Virus record (IMG/VR): IMGVR_UViG_3300028832_000111
Reading direction: 5' to 3' (one strand)
Source: a virus
Lineage: Duplodnaviria; Heunggongvirae; Uroviricota; Caudoviricetes
Length of the DNA: 64,000 bases
Each line of letters starts with the position of its first letter. Within the stretch, counting starts at the first letter, position 1. The notes beneath the pieces were generated by a model, which was not told where the DNA came from, made no database searches, and worked only from the letters and a program-made list of their open reading frames with translations. The position numbers were made by a program, and so were the translations under genes. Below are positions 9,884-20,358 of the stretch, piece by piece.

Positions 9884-10324
9884 ATGAAATACTCAAGATT
9901 CGTAAAGTCAGGGAAGAAGGTTTTCCATACTTGGTTCAAGGAGGTTGTCACTATTGACGAGATTCTTGACCTGTGCAATGAGAACCAGCCCACCAAGAAG
10001 GAGATTGACCAAACCCCGAAATTAGTGAACGTCTATGTCGTGGATTCGGACGGACAGACATTCCTCTGTGATCCGACCGATTTGCAGCCGTGGCGACACG
10101 TGGATGACCTGTGCTACAATGAACTGAAGAAACTGCGCGGTCAGATTTGCCTCGGCTCGTGCTACGTCAGTGACTACAAGAACACTCTCGGAGTGGAGGC
10201 GAAGGAGGTCAGCCAATACGCGGACGGATTCGGTGAGGCTATCGGATGGGATGAGGCGAAGGATACGGCTGAGAACTTCGCCCTCTATTGTCTCGGAGAG
10301 TTGGATATGGAGGAATCAGCGTGA
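9884..10324 (+). CDS. hypothetical protein (146 aa)
   Basis: Motif-associated ATG inside track ORF 9710..10324. Product MKYSRFVKSGKKV... Confidence 0.6.
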   Translation: MKYSRFVKSGKKVFHTWFKEVVTIDEILDLCNENQPTKKEIDQTPKLVNVYVVDSDGQTFLCDPTDLQPWRHVDDLCYNELKKLRGQICLGSCYVSDYKNTLGVEAKEVSQYADGFGEAIGWDEAKDTAENFALYCLGELDMEESA

Positions 10325-10474
10325 ATTTCCCGCAATTTTTGCCCTACAAACGATTTTCTCCCTCTCAGCGGTAGATTTTCTCACGAGGGTATGAGAAATT
10401 TCCTTACACGTCAAATCTCAGGGAATAGGAAATATTCTCTGGGGTGCTATTGTTTAACTCTTAATTCTACGATT

Positions 10475-10735
10475 ATGGATATCTACACAATGGAGCAATG
10501 GGAGAAAGATAAGACTCTGAACGTCAAAGTCGGTCAGTTCATATCAAACGAAGTGTTCTGGGAACTGTGCGGTGCGTTACCGCCTGCAACTTGGGAAAGA
10601 GGAATCTTCCAGCCGGGCGAGGCGTATTCTCACGATTGGAATCGCAATTGCGCACTCTATCAGACTTTCAAGAAAAACGGAACAGGCGACGCAGAATATC
10701 AGTATGTCGGACTTAAGCCGCTTGGCGAATGTTAA
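10475..10735 (+). CDS. hypothetical protein (86 aa)
   Basis: Motif-associated ATG inside track ORF 10391..10735. Confidence 0.6.
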   Translation: MDIYTMEQWEKDKTLNVKVGQFISNEVFWELCGALPPATWERGIFQPGEAYSHDWNRNCALYQTFKKNGTGDAEYQYVGLKPLGEC

Positions 10736-10796
10736 GGTTATGGGAGAGCGGAATCTCCCGTAACCGCCACTATGTTTAACCTTAAATTCTACAACT

Positions 10797-11789
10797 ATGT
10801 GTAATCCAAAAGTTTATGTCGGTACTTGGGGTAAGTACAACAACGGCAGCATCGCGGGCGGATGGGTTTCTCTCGCGGATTGTGAGAACTACAATGCGTT
10901 TATCTCGAAGTGCAAAGAACTGCACAAGAACGAGAGCGATCCGGAGTTTATGATTCAGGACACCGAGGATTTCCCTGACGGCCTCTCCTGTTCGGATTGG
11001 CTGGGTGAGGAGGATTTCAACGACATCAAGGCGGCTCTGAAAACCGACGGGCCTGACCTGAGAATCGTAGAATATTCAGAGAAATGCTTCGCGGTTGTGG
11101 GTGACACGTTCACTTACCGCGAGCAGCTGAAGAAACTCGGGGCTTGGAAGTTCAACAAGTTCCTCTCCTGCGGAGCGGGCTGGCTGTTCAATAACGACAA
11201 GCGCGAGGCTGTGGAGGCGTTCATCGGAGGCGGAGCATCACATATTACCGCCAAGGTCGAGAAGACTGCCAAGAAGGACGAGAAGTTCATCACGTGGCTC
11301 AGCGAGTTTCTTGACACCGAGTGCAAAGATGACAAGTCAGACCGCGACTACTACAGCAAGGGATGTGTCGGAGCGGTGAAGATTGACGGACATTTCTACT
11401 TGATAACCAAGCCGTCAATAGACAACCGCTTCTGCTTCCATGACGAAGGACCGGACTATAAGTTCTATTGCGAGCTGATGAAAGACGAGAGTAAACTCCG
11501 TCAGTATTTCATCCAGCAGAACGAAAGCGCCTTCACTCGCTCCATTGAGAGCATCGAGAAGGGTGAGACACTGCGTATCGCTGAGACAGGTTACAAGAAC
11601 AAGCTCGATTTCCTTATCGGCAGGTCGTGGTACAACAACGAAGGCCATGAGGCGAGCAAGGAGGAACGCGCCCTCATCCTTGACGGTCTGAAGTTCGGGC
11701 TGGAGAAGTTCCGCAAACGTCTCGACGCCTACCTCAACCGCTACGGGGTGAGCAAGATCCACACTTGGACTTACTGGGCCGATGCGTGA
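10797..11789 (+). CDS. ardA: ArdA-like antirestriction N-terminal domain protein (330 aa)
   Basis: N-terminus KVYVGTWGKYNNGSIAGGWVSL...EFMIQDTEDFP matches the conserved ArdA start (VYIANLGKYNEGELVGAWF...EYAIHDYELP in Tn916 ArdA). Acidic overall. Confidence 0.6.
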   Translation: MCNPKVYVGTWGKYNNGSIAGGWVSLADCENYNAFISKCKELHKNESDPEFMIQDTEDFPDGLSCSDWLGEEDFNDIKAALKTDGPDLRIVEYSEKCFAVVGDTFTYREQLKKLGAWKFNKFLSCGAGWLFNNDKREAVEAFIGGGASHITAKVEKTAKKDEKFITWLSEFLDTECKDDKSDRDYYSKGCVGAVKIDGHFYLITKPSIDNRFCFHDEGPDYKFYCELMKDESKLRQYFIQQNESAFTRSIESIEKGETLRIAETGYKNKLDFLIGRSWYNNEGHEASKEERALILDGLKFGLEKFRKRLDAYLNRYGVSKIHTWTYWADA

Positions 11790-11849
11790 CATTATCTGCG
11801 TGGAGAGCAAAATCTCCATGCGGAACTGTTTAACTATAAATTACAGACT

Positions 11850-12053
11850 ATGGAAGAAAAAACAACGTGTTCACCCGTGATGTTCAAAGCATTCCTCAGA
11901 TGTATAGGCAGACGTTACAGACGATGCGGCTACATGACGGCTAAGTCATACGCCTTTAACTACATGGAGCGTTACCGCCTTGAAAATCTAATGAGAATGC
12001 AAGTCTATGGATTATTAAGAAAACTGTATCTGATATGGAAAAAATCAAAGTGA
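11850..12053 (+). CDS. hypothetical basic protein (67 aa)
   Basis: Motif-led ORF. Confidence 0.5.
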   Translation: MEEKTTCSPVMFKAFLRCIGRRYRRCGYMTAKSYAFNYMERYRLENLMRMQVYGLLRKLYLIWKKSK

Positions 12054-12496
12054 CGAGAATCGGAGAGCACCGAATGGAAGGAACTCTGTATAAGGACGAA
12101 TATGGCAGGTATTACGTGGACTGCAACAACGACAATCCAAATGCACTTTACCGCCTGTGTCCTCCTACGGAACAAGACGGAGAGCCGGATGTTTGTATCG
12201 AGAACTTTGAAATCACCAATCCTCTGACGGACAAAGAACGGAGGATGAAAGGATTTCAGTTCGAGTACATGATGCTGAGCCGCCTCAGCGATGACGCAGC
12301 CGCATATTTCGGCAAGTCAGGCAACGAGGATAACGACAAATGGGACTGCCGCTATCATAATGAGCATTTTATAGGCGGTAGCATCCGCGACACTATTGCC
12401 GCCGTCAAGGAGTATTGGAACAAGATACCCGAAGACCTCAAACCCGAATGGCTGACATACGAGCAGATTGAGGAATGGGAGAAGATGGCGGCATGA
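12035..12496 (+). CDS. hypothetical protein (153 aa)
   Basis: ORF overlapping the previous stop, so probably co-translated. Confidence 0.6.
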   Translation: MEKIKVTRIGEHRMEGTLYKDEYGRYYVDCNNDNPNALYRLCPPTEQDGEPDVCIENFEITNPLTDKERRMKGFQFEYMMLSRLSDDAAAYFGKSGNEDNDKWDCRYHNEHFIGGSIRDTIAAVKEYWNKIPEDLKPEWLTYEQIEEWEKMAA

Positions 12497-12547
12497 CAGG
12501 ATTCCGGGGAACGACATCCCCGAATCCGCAAACCAAAACTTATAATT

Positions 12548-12781
12548 ATGAATAATCTATATTACATCGAGACGCGAAGGAACTCTGTGCATGAGGTTCT
12601 TGAGGTATTGCAAAAAAATGGGTTACATATAGAAGCTATAAGGGCTCATTATATTGATTACAAACGAACTATGCACGATGGCGAATTGATAATGTGGACT
12701 GAGGGTGATAAATATCCCTGCTGGGTTCATCGTTCGCAAGAGGATGTTGTCAGGAGATGCGGGATTAAGGTGGATTATTGA
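12548..12781 (+). CDS. hypothetical protein (77 aa)
   Basis: ORF with a partial motif (cttataattATG). Confidence 0.5.
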   Translation: MNNLYYIETRRNSVHEVLEVLQKNGLHIEAIRAHYIDYKRTMHDGELIMWTEGDKYPCWVHRSQEDVVRRCGIKVDY

Positions 12782-12868
12782 ACATTCGTTCAAACTCAAA
12801 TCATCCTGCCTGGGTATGAAAACTCAGGCGGGAGCAACCATTATGTTTAACTCTAAAAAATTACAACT

Positions 12869-13654
12869 ATGACACATTCAAACATTTATTGTGTGTATCT
12901 GAAAGAAGGATTCGTATTCACAGGTGGCGCTCTGCGTAAGGTGCAAGTTGTCGGTCAGATTCTCACAAAGAAAGAGGACGAGAACGGCAACCCTATCCAC
13001 AATGACATTCATCTCATCGTCAGGACAGACAAGGATAGTGAAAACATGAAGATTCACTATACCCAGCTCTATCCCAACATGAAAGCGTACACCGAGAATA
13101 TACCTGCATCTCCCGACACCCTGTCGCCTTATCAGCTCAATCTCAATAACGAATGGCGTTACTTCACATCAGAGAACGGCCAGCCAGTTGAGCATGAGTT
13201 TGACTTCCAGACGATAGAAGGACATATCAATGCCTCTGATGTATGGGACTTCAAGGCTGATTCCCTCCCCGATGACTACTACATCGACAAGGAAATTTGT
13301 GCCGGAATGTCTTCATTCAAGTATGTCGATGAAGAGGGCAACGAGAAAGTCCATGAAGGAGTTGTCCGTAAGGTCATGCTGACAGACGAGCAGAAGGAGG
13401 CGCTGAAAGCGGTAGAGGATGCTTGGAAGAACGCACAAGAGAAGGGTATCGGTTTCGCCTATGATGCCGATAACTGCGACATGCTGGCTTTCAACGCCAA
13501 CGCAAACGGTAGATATAATCTTGTAGCCTATCAGGAGGACGTAAACGAAGAGGAGTATGACCTCCTTCCCAGCAGAGCATACAAATTGCTCAGAATCAGA
13601 CTCCGCGTGAGTGATATGGGTTGCGAAGATGTTATTGCCGTAAAGCGCGATTAA
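12869..13654 (+). CDS. hypothetical acidic protein (261 aa)
   Basis: Motif-led ORF. Confidence 0.7.
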   Translation: MTHSNIYCVYLKEGFVFTGGALRKVQVVGQILTKKEDENGNPIHNDIHLIVRTDKDSENMKIHYTQLYPNMKAYTENIPASPDTLSPYQLNLNNEWRYFTSENGQPVEHEFDFQTIEGHINASDVWDFKADSLPDDYYIDKEICAGMSSFKYVDEEGNEKVHEGVVRKVMLTDEQKEALKAVEDAWKNAQEKGIGFAYDADNCDMLAFNANANGRYNLVAYQEDVNEEEYDLLPSRAYKLLRIRLRVSDMGCEDVIAVKRD

Positions 13655-13720
13655 CCTTTCAGTCTGGAGCGGAATGACATCCGCTCTGGGCGCAAATTGT
13701 TTAACCAAAATATTACGACT

Positions 13721-14068
13721 ATGTTAGAAGTAAAGTACAATCATCAGATGGGTGAGGTCAAGCTCACGCAGAAACAGGGTGACAAGTATGTGGATTTCAC
13801 TATCGGAATCTACGAGTGTAACGCGCTGGCCGCTTTTGTACATAGAGTACAGAACGAGGATGGTTCGTGGCGATGCACTCTCTATTCCTTCCTTGCCGAC
13901 AAGGATCACGTGAACAATATCCTGCGTTCGGGGAGTGATTTCTTCGGGAAAGATACAATCAACGAGATTAAGCTGAATATGGCATACAAGGGTTCGGACG
14001 CACTGCTCAAACTCTTCACACGCCAGCATTATGAAGTGAAGTGTATCTACTGCAAGCCACAGCCATGA
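13721..14068 (+). CDS. hypothetical protein (115 aa)
   Basis: Motif-associated ATG. Track ORF 13697 begins at a TTG inside the motif itself. Confidence 0.6.
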   Translation: MLEVKYNHQMGEVKLTQKQGDKYVDFTIGIYECNALAAFVHRVQNEDGSWRCTLYSFLADKDHVNNILRSGSDFFGKDTINEIKLNMAYKGSDALLKLFTRQHYEVKCIYCKPQP

Positions 14069-14196
14069 GTAAACCTTGCAAATGCCTGAACTGCGGAAAG
14101 GAGATATCCGATTTGCAGTATATCCGCTATGGCGGTGTATGTCAGATATGCTGGCACGCGGAAGATATGAAACGTCACAAGCAGCCCACGCGGTGA
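14065..14196 (+). CDS. small zinc-ribbon protein (43 aa, CxxC...CxxC). Not in the ORF track.
   Basis: ATGA overlap with the previous stop. Product MSKPCKCLNCGKEISDLQYIRYGGVCQICWHAEDMKRHKQPTR. Confidence 0.45.
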   Translation: MSKPCKCLNCGKEISDLQYIRYGGVCQICWHAEDMKRHKQPTR

Positions 14197-14255
14197 GTCA
14201 TGCATCATATCGGATGACATCGGTATGGTGCGCCATTAACCAAAACTACACGACT

Positions 14256-14432
14256 ATGACAGATTATCAGAAAAGAAAAGCTGCCGCCAGAGAGAAAGCT
14301 ATCGACTGGCAGTATGATTTTGCAAACCACAACTACTCCTATTCGGAGTTGGCTTATTTCGGCAACTTCTTCGCAAAGCTGGCCAGACGATTCGGACTGA
14401 CACGCGAATTTCGCGAGAATGGAATCATCTAA
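14256..14432 (+). CDS. hypothetical protein (58 aa)
   Basis: Motif-associated ATG inside track ORF 14076..14432. Confidence 0.5.
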   Translation: MTDYQKRKAAAREKAIDWQYDFANHNYSYSELAYFGNFFAKLARRFGLTREFRENGII

Positions 14433-14444
14433 ACTTTTACGGAT

Positions 14445-14690
14445 ATGGAGCTGAAAGATGAATTGTTGCAGTACATCCGCGACAATAAGACGTGGACAGA
14501 AGAGGAAGAAGGGCGTGCTTTAGTGGATGTTGATCACAAACGCTGCCCTCTACGTATGACCCATGACGGAAGTAAAATCATTGATGCTATTATCGAACTT
14601 ATATCGGATTTTGCAGACGAAAAGGGATACGATTCCGATTGGGCCCCGGAGGATTTTGATGACGAAGAGGAAATCTTCTGGGCGCTCTGA
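14445..14690 (+). CDS. hypothetical very acidic protein (81 aa)
   Basis: ORF with a DDEEE-rich C-terminus. Confidence 0.6.
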   Translation: MELKDELLQYIRDNKTWTEEEEGRALVDVDHKRCPLRMTHDGSKIIDAIIELISDFADEKGYDSDWAPEDFDDEEEIFWAL

Positions 14691-14754
14691 ATCTGAGGGA
14701 AGAGTAGAATCTTCCCTTGGAGCCATATTGTTTAACCAACTTAAGACTACAACT

Positions 14755-15528
14755 ATGGCAAAGAAAGAAAACATCCTCGATTATCTCGACAAAGGAACGA
14801 GCGAGGACATCACCGTCAAGGACGATTGGAATCACGAGACCGAATGCGTCAGAGTGAAAGTAGGCGATTTTGAATACACCTATCCCAAGTATGACGTGGA
14901 CAAGTATGGCGAGAGGCATGACTTTCGCCCTGAACTCAAGAAGAGATGGGATGCGGAGAACCGCAGGGAATCCCACTATCAGAATTGGGGCTGCAACTAC
15001 TCGCATCCGTCACGTGTCAACGATGATTATCTGGGTGGTCTGACTTTCGGACAGAACCTGAAGTATCTCTCCGAGAACAGACAGATAGCATCTCAGTATT
15101 ATGCCGTCTATAAGGAGGCTTGCAAAGCTCCGACAGAGATTCAGCAGTATGTATATAACAATCTTCTCGTGCAGCTCCGCAAGGACAAGCTCATCACCTC
15201 CACCGAAGACATCAAGTTCGACACCATCGAGCGTATGCCGAAAGCGTTCCGTGAGGGATGGGAAAAGGTTGATCTTGGAGCTTGGGACGGGAGCCTGGTC
15301 GCTGAAGATTTGCGCCCTGCATCCGGCTTTGAGATTGGCAAGAAATGCTACGTCAAACTTTACCGTCACGCTGATGAACGTACAGAGGGAACGATAATAG
15401 GCTACAAGTATGAACGGAGCAAGAACGGCATGTATCACATCATGTACGAGGTAAAGACAAGCTCATGGGGCAACTTCGGCACACCGTACAGGCTGGAAGA
15501 GATTCACTTCTCAAAAATTGCGGCATGA
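14755..15528 (+). CDS. hypothetical protein (257 aa)
   Basis: Motif-associated ATG (MAKKENILDYL) inside track ORF 14563..15528. Upstream hairpin gagggaagagtagaatcttccctt. Confidence 0.7.
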   Translation: MAKKENILDYLDKGTSEDITVKDDWNHETECVRVKVGDFEYTYPKYDVDKYGERHDFRPELKKRWDAENRRESHYQNWGCNYSHPSRVNDDYLGGLTFGQNLKYLSENRQIASQYYAVYKEACKAPTEIQQYVYNNLLVQLRKDKLITSTEDIKFDTIERMPKAFREGWEKVDLGAWDGSLVAEDLRPASGFEIGKKCYVKLYRHADERTEGTIIGYKYERSKNGMYHIMYEVKTSSWGNFGTPYRLEEIHFSKIAA

Positions 15529-15650
15529 CGGAACTCCGAGGCAAGCAGATTAACAAAGAATATCTGCATCAGGATTTTTTTGAGCACGAGCAGAGCAACG
15601 GTTCAGTTATCATGGTATCAATGGACCACCGCTTCTTCTATCGCCCGTAA
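15525..15650 (+). CDS. small coupled ORF (41 aa)
   Basis: ATGA overlap with the previous stop. Confidence 0.35.
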   Translation: MTELRGKQINKEYLHQDFFEHEQSNGSVIMVSMDHRFFYRP

Positions 15651-15710
15651 CTATTTCCGTAGCGGTCTTGACGGACGGTTACGGAGCTACTAACTCTTAA
15701 ACTCTAAATT

Positions 15711-15908
15711 ATGGAAGAGAAAATGTATGACATCAACGGAAAGGAATTGTCTGTTGGCGCTAAGGTAAGATTCTACGATCCTGACATTGAGAACCGTGAC
15801 TTGTCGCGCATCTTCACCATTGACAATCTCAAGGGCGATTTTGTGCAGTGCTCCGACGAGTATTCAGACTTAGAGGCGTTCCCTCACGAGCTGGAGATTG
15901 TCGCCTGA
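15711..15908 (+). CDS. hypothetical protein (65 aa)
   Basis: Motif-led ORF. Confidence 0.6.
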   Translation: MEEKMYDINGKELSVGAKVRFYDPDIENRDLSRIFTIDNLKGDFVQCSDEYSDLEAFPHELEIVA

Positions 15909-15959
15909 AGGATAAGGCGGAATAACATTCGCCTGTCCACCAACTCAAAACAAAAGATT

Positions 15960-16190
15960 ATGGAGAAACTGACAAAGAAAGACCTGCATCTTGCGGGTAG
16001 CGCAAAAGATCTGATGGACCTTGGATTGCTGGTCATCGACAAGATGTACTGGGAGACATTCATAGCCAACAAGAGCGAGAGGTATGAATCGCGTCTCGGA
16101 CAAGTCTATGACATCAGCAACGCGAGAGGGCTTGTAACTGACGCGGTGGCTATCGTAGGCAAACGTGCATCCTTCTATTGGATCAAGTGA
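15960..16190 (+). CDS. hypothetical protein (76 aa)
   Basis: Motif-led ORF. Confidence 0.6.
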   Translation: MEKLTKKDLHLAGSAKDLMDLGLLVIDKMYWETFIANKSERYESRLGQVYDISNARGLVTDAVAIVGKRASFYWIK

Positions 16191-16249
16191 CTATCATCTT
16201 CTGCCGGGCGACACCGACAGGAGATGCCATTAACTCAAAACGTACAGCT

Positions 16250-16606
16250 ATGCAGAAATTCGAGAAATTAACCAAACCGGAAGAATTGGACTTCTTCCAG
16301 ATTTATGAAGAGCATGGAGTAAAGTTTATCCATATCTTCGGTTACATCTACCACAATGAGGATTACTGGGCCAATATGGAGTGCGATTTCTTCATCGAGA
16401 AATTGGAGGATTTTGTACGCCACATGTCAGAGAACAAAGACTATGTAGATGACAGCTACTGCGATTTCAGCCAATATCAGGATGACCATTCTGAGGAAGA
16501 AATCCTTGAGACTATCAACACGTATTTTGACGGCAAGCCAGCCGATTATCGTCTTAGTTTTGCCAACGTTACAACAGATACCCCTTGCGGTAACTATGTA
16601 AGTTAG
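16250..16606 (+). CDS. hypothetical acidic protein (118 aa)
   Basis: Motif-associated ATG inside track ORF 16178..16606. Confidence 0.65.
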   Translation: MQKFEKLTKPEELDFFQIYEEHGVKFIHIFGYIYHNEDYWANMECDFFIEKLEDFVRHMSENKDYVDDSYCDFSQYQDDHSEEEILETINTYFDGKPADYRLSFANVTTDTPCGNYVS

Positions 16607-16667
16607 CACCCGGACCATTTTATTGGAAACAATAGAATGGTCACTATGTTCAACTAAAACCGAAACT

Positions 16668-16874
16668 ATGTACAACAGAAAAGACAGAAATTACAGAATC
16701 AAGGCTAACCACCATGACAGGACTTACACCATCAGGGTATATGAGAAAGGCAAGGTAATAGCCAAATATAGGACCAACGTTCAGGGTAAAGGATGTATGA
16801 CCGATGATTGGACAGAGGAGGATATTCGCAACTATATGAGCCGTTATCCCGACGATTACTATGAGGTCAAGTAA
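16668..16874 (+). CDS. hypothetical basic protein (68 aa)
   Basis: Motif-associated ATG (MYNRKDRNYRIK) inside track ORF 16623..16874. Confidence 0.6.
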   Translation: MYNRKDRNYRIKANHHDRTYTIRVYEKGKVIAKYRTNVQGKGCMTDDWTEEDIRNYMSRYPDDYYEVK

Positions 16875-16939
16875 GTCAGTGTGGCAACGAGCAGCTTCCT
16901 TGCCACATACCAATTGTTTAACTCAAATACTCTACAATT

Positions 16940-17485
16940 ATGCAAAGACAAGTTTATGAAACGATGATTGAGGCCGCCAAACGCCAGATGATTAGTGATA
17001 TGCTCAACCGCCTGGGTATGGGAGTTTGCCATAAGTTCAAGAAGCCCGTACAAATCTTCTTCCTTGAAGGTGAGGTATGCGCCAAGGAATTGTGTCATTC
17101 CGTTATGGCTGATTCTGACGGAGAACTACGATTCGAGGTATCTACGGAAGTATCCGGCAAGGAGACCGAATGGGTGATTGGCGACAGCCTTCTAAACTAT
17201 CTCGGTGAATCTCTCATAGACGTATGGGCTACGCTTGACAAGGAACTCAGTGAACCAAAAGCATCTGCTCTCAGCGGTTTAGCTGAAAGTAAACTCGAAG
17301 AGCAGGTAACTGTCATCTGCTACAACGACACAGAGGTAATGACCAGACGAGCCGCAATGGAGAAATACTTCGATTGTATGAGAAATTCCGAAGGTCCTGA
17401 GCATAGACGTTATGAGACGGTCTTCTTCCAACTGCTTACAGGAAGGATGACAGCCGATGACCAGATTCCCTTCTACGAGATCTGA
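16940..17485 (+). CDS. hypothetical protein (181 aa)
   Basis: Motif-led ORF with an upstream hairpin gtgtggcaacgagcagcttccttgccacat. Confidence 0.7.
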   Translation: MQRQVYETMIEAAKRQMISDMLNRLGMGVCHKFKKPVQIFFLEGEVCAKELCHSVMADSDGELRFEVSTEVSGKETEWVIGDSLLNYLGESLIDVWATLDKELSEPKASALSGLAESKLEEQVTVICYNDTEVMTRRAAMEKYFDCMRNSEGPEHRRYETVFFQLLTGRMTADDQIPFYEI

Positions 17486-17543
17486 CTATCCATGCGCTCT
17501 TAACCGGGCGCAAGGATACAACTTAACTCAAATAAATACGATT

Positions 17544-18044
17544 ATGAAAGCAAGTGACTTAATGACATCAATGAACAGAGCTGCGGATGAGGTGGTTAAA
17601 CAACTCATGGAGTATGTTCGCGAGAAAGGACATAAGCCCACGCCCGGTGACATCAAGGAGTTCGGATTGGATTTGGACGGAGCAGAGGCAACTCACGTAT
17701 TGTCCTTCAATGAGAGAGCCGGATGTGAAGTTATCAAGATGAAGAGTCTCGTCAATCCTGAAATCTCCATGAGTGACATTGACGATAACGTTTATGACCT
17801 TCTCGAAGATGAATTTACCCACCGTTCTATCCGTTGTATCTACATACGGAAAGAAAATGACGGCTCTGAGCATCTTATGTGCTACCACTACGTCAATCCG
17901 GGCATAATATACACGGATAATCCGGATGATGCAGATGATTGGCATGACCGAGTGGCAAGCCTCGGCTGGGTTACAATAGAGCGAATCATAAGATACATCA
18001 ATGATAACCCAACCTGTCTGATACCGAAGGAGATGATGCAGTAA
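17544..18044 (+). CDS. hypothetical protein (166 aa)
   Basis: Motif-associated ATG inside track ORF 17457..18044. Confidence 0.7.
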   Translation: MKASDLMTSMNRAADEVVKQLMEYVREKGHKPTPGDIKEFGLDLDGAEATHVLSFNERAGCEVIKMKSLVNPEISMSDIDDNVYDLLEDEFTHRSIRCIYIRKENDGSEHLMCYHYVNPGIIYTDNPDDADDWHDRVASLGWVTIERIIRYINDNPTCLIPKEMMQ

Positions 18045-18087
18045 AATGCATCTCTCCACCATGTAACTAACTCTTAAAACTACAATT

Positions 18088-18699
18088 ATGAAACATGAAT
18101 CATTTTACAAAGCGTATGCTGAAATAGCCGTAAAGGAACAAAGGGAATTGCGCAAGTGCCTGGAAAAGCTGGGAGGCAGTTTTACATGGAAGGATTCCGG
18201 TATAGAATACCCCATCATAACAGCCAGCATTGACGATTGCGAGTATGTAGGCGACGTAGATGTGATGAAAATATGGGTGGAGTCCAAAGGTAACATCCGT
18301 ATGTCAGTCAATCTGCATGACGGTTCTGTGTCAGACATTGAGATTGGACTCGGTGATGTACACTATTCGCACATTGATTTTATCATGGATTATCTGCCTG
18401 AGATAGAGGTCAAGGGAGAAGACGAAGTGCGTACATACACCTACAAGGAGATGGAGAATGCCGTACATCTGGTAGCAGACCTCGCTGAAGACATCGCCAA
18501 GATTGAGAAAAGCGGAAGTTACCCTTGGTTGGATTCCAGAGATAAAGCCGCTTACTTCATCAAGAAAGCTGTTGAATTTGAGAAGAGGTTGGGCGGCAAG
18601 GATGAAGACGAAGGCAACTATGACTACATCGAGGAGTTGGAGAAGTTCGAGAAAGAGGTTATGAATGAAATCATCGAGGACATTCCTCTTCCGTTCTGA
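18088..18699 (+). CDS. hypothetical acidic protein (203 aa)
   Basis: Motif-led ORF. Confidence 0.7.
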   Translation: MKHESFYKAYAEIAVKEQRELRKCLEKLGGSFTWKDSGIEYPIITASIDDCEYVGDVDVMKIWVESKGNIRMSVNLHDGSVSDIEIGLGDVHYSHIDFIMDYLPEIEVKGEDEVRTYTYKEMENAVHLVADLAEDIAKIEKSGSYPWLDSRDKAAYFIKKAVEFEKRLGGKDEDEGNYDYIEELEKFEKEVMNEIIEDIPLPF

Positions 18700-18763
18700 T
18701 TGTTTGGTGTCGGAGTGATATTCGACACCAAAGCAAATATGTTTAACTCAAAATTATATTATT

Positions 18764-19063
18764 ATGCTTTACAATTACAACGAACATCTCGATTACTGCG
18801 ACAAGCTGGAGATTCATGTAGTAGGAGAAGATAAGAACCGGGAAGTGCAGTTCTTTGACGGAATGCGCCTTGATCCGAACTCAATCCCCGAAGGCAAACA
18901 CATGTATCACACCAGACACAATGATGACGGGGACTGGAGTACACCCGTAACAGTTCAGAAGGAAGGTGCCGGTATCATGGTCAACTTCTGCGGTACGATT
19001 GTCACCGAAGAGCCTATCAACATCACTGAAGAGACGGAGATTGACTTCGTGAGCTGGATATGA
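18764..19063 (+). CDS. hypothetical protein (99 aa)
   Basis: Motif-led ORF with an upstream 11 bp-stem hairpin tttggtgtcggagtgatattcgacaccaaa. Confidence 0.65.
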   Translation: MLYNYNEHLDYCDKLEIHVVGEDKNREVQFFDGMRLDPNSIPEGKHMYHTRHNDDGDWSTPVTVQKEGAGIMVNFCGTIVTEEPINITEETEIDFVSWI

Positions 19064-19128
19064 ATCTACGATGCTGCCGGATGACACTGACAGCATCAGC
19101 TATTGTTTAACTCTAACACTACACTATT

Positions 19129-19560
19129 ATGGAAAAAGAAAACAAGAAACTGCTGAAGTTCGCCAACGAACAATTAAAAGAACGCGGTTATAAGCTAAGC
19201 GTCAAAGCTGAAGACAACACGTACCGCCTTGACATCTGCAATCTCAAGGGAAAGGTAATCGATAATTACGCGGATGGTTATTTCGAGGAAGAACTCCCCA
19301 ATCTGCTCAATGACGCATTACTCTGTTGTCTGATGAAGGAACCATTATCTCGTGAGCGCATCTATATCTTGGATAGCAATGCTGACATCCTTGACGAGAA
19401 AGAGTTTAATGAAATATCCGACAAGGAGATATTGGAGATGTACGATGCCGGTTCGGATTACGTGGATTGCTTCGAGGACTTGCACGATTTGGCGAGCGCA
19501 TGGAATGCAGAGGAAATATTCTATCCGACTCACTCCTACGCCCGTGTAATCAGGTCATAA
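19129..19560 (+). CDS. hypothetical acidic protein (143 aa)
   Basis: Motif-led ORF. Confidence 0.7.
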   Translation: MEKENKKLLKFANEQLKERGYKLSVKAEDNTYRLDICNLKGKVIDNYADGYFEEELPNLLNDALLCCLMKEPLSRERIYILDSNADILDEKEFNEISDKEILEMYDAGSDYVDCFEDLHDLASAWNAEEIFYPTHSYARVIRS

Positions 19561-19816
19561 AAAAAGAATGGATGCCAGCGAGACATCCATTTAGGCCCCT
19601 CATGCGCCCTAAGCTGAGGACGGAAACTAACTCTTTAAATATTGTAATTATGCGCATTACAATTTCCCTGAGAGTGTGGCACTTCACCCTGACTATAAGT
19701 CTTGGGTTTAGGTAAGTCCCGACATACGGACTGAACATCCGTTTTAGTTTCCACGTCACAAAGATATGAAAGTTTTTGTGACGGCAACAATTGTTTAACT
19801 CTTAAATCATACTACA
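19561..19816 (+). ncRNA. structured noncoding region with a motif copy and a 21-codon ORF (19650-19715). Possible small RNA or leader.
   Basis: Several perfect hairpins (aatggatg..catccatt, attgtaatTATGCGCATtacaat, gtcacaaa..tttgtgac) and the motif aactaactctttaaatattgtaattATG leading only MRITISLRVWHFTLTISLGFR*. Confidence 0.3.
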
Positions 19817-20296
19817 ATGGAACCGAGGATTATTAAAGGGCACATGTTTTTGTGCAAACAGGACATCAAGGGTTACTATCGCAAAGGACGGATTTACCTA
19901 TGTGATTTTGAGCCCGCCTACTCACAGAAGGAGAACTATACTCCCGGCAAATATGACTGTGGGTTTATAACCAATGACAAGATGAATGCAAGTCACGCCT
20001 GGCCATACCTTCCTGAAAAGAACGCAAATTGCCACGACCGATGGACTGATTTCTTCGTGGATCTGGGTGAGAAACCGAACGGATTGATTGTCATTCCCTA
20101 CAGCATCAACGATACCGTCAAATGGTATTGCCCTGATGACGGAAAGAATCACACATCCAAAATCACAAAGGTCGAGACTGAACTGTCCAACACAGGAGAA
20201 TTGGGTGTGACATTCTTTACCCGCATCAAGTTCAAGGGCTCATTAGAGACCGCTACATTCACAATGAAACACATACGTACTGCGAATCATTGGTGA
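19817..20296 (+). CDS. hypothetical protein (159 aa)
   Basis: Motif-led ORF. Confidence 0.7.
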   Translation: MEPRIIKGHMFLCKQDIKGYYRKGRIYLCDFEPAYSQKENYTPGKYDCGFITNDKMNASHAWPYLPEKNANCHDRWTDFFVDLGEKPNGLIVIPYSINDTVKWYCPDDGKNHTSKITKVETELSNTGELGVTFFTRIKFKGSLETATFTMKHIRTANHW

Positions 20297-20358
20297 TTTA
20301 TTCCTGCAAGTACGGAAATGCTTGCAGGGAACCACGTTTAACCTAAAAAACATCAATT

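Noticed and set aside
9398-10800. Mini-ORF ATG-TTT-AAC-TCT-TAA (MFNS*) inside several motif copies
   Set aside because: The ATG is replaced by TTG in many copies (ATTGTTTAAC), so the mini-ORF is not conserved. It is probably incidental.
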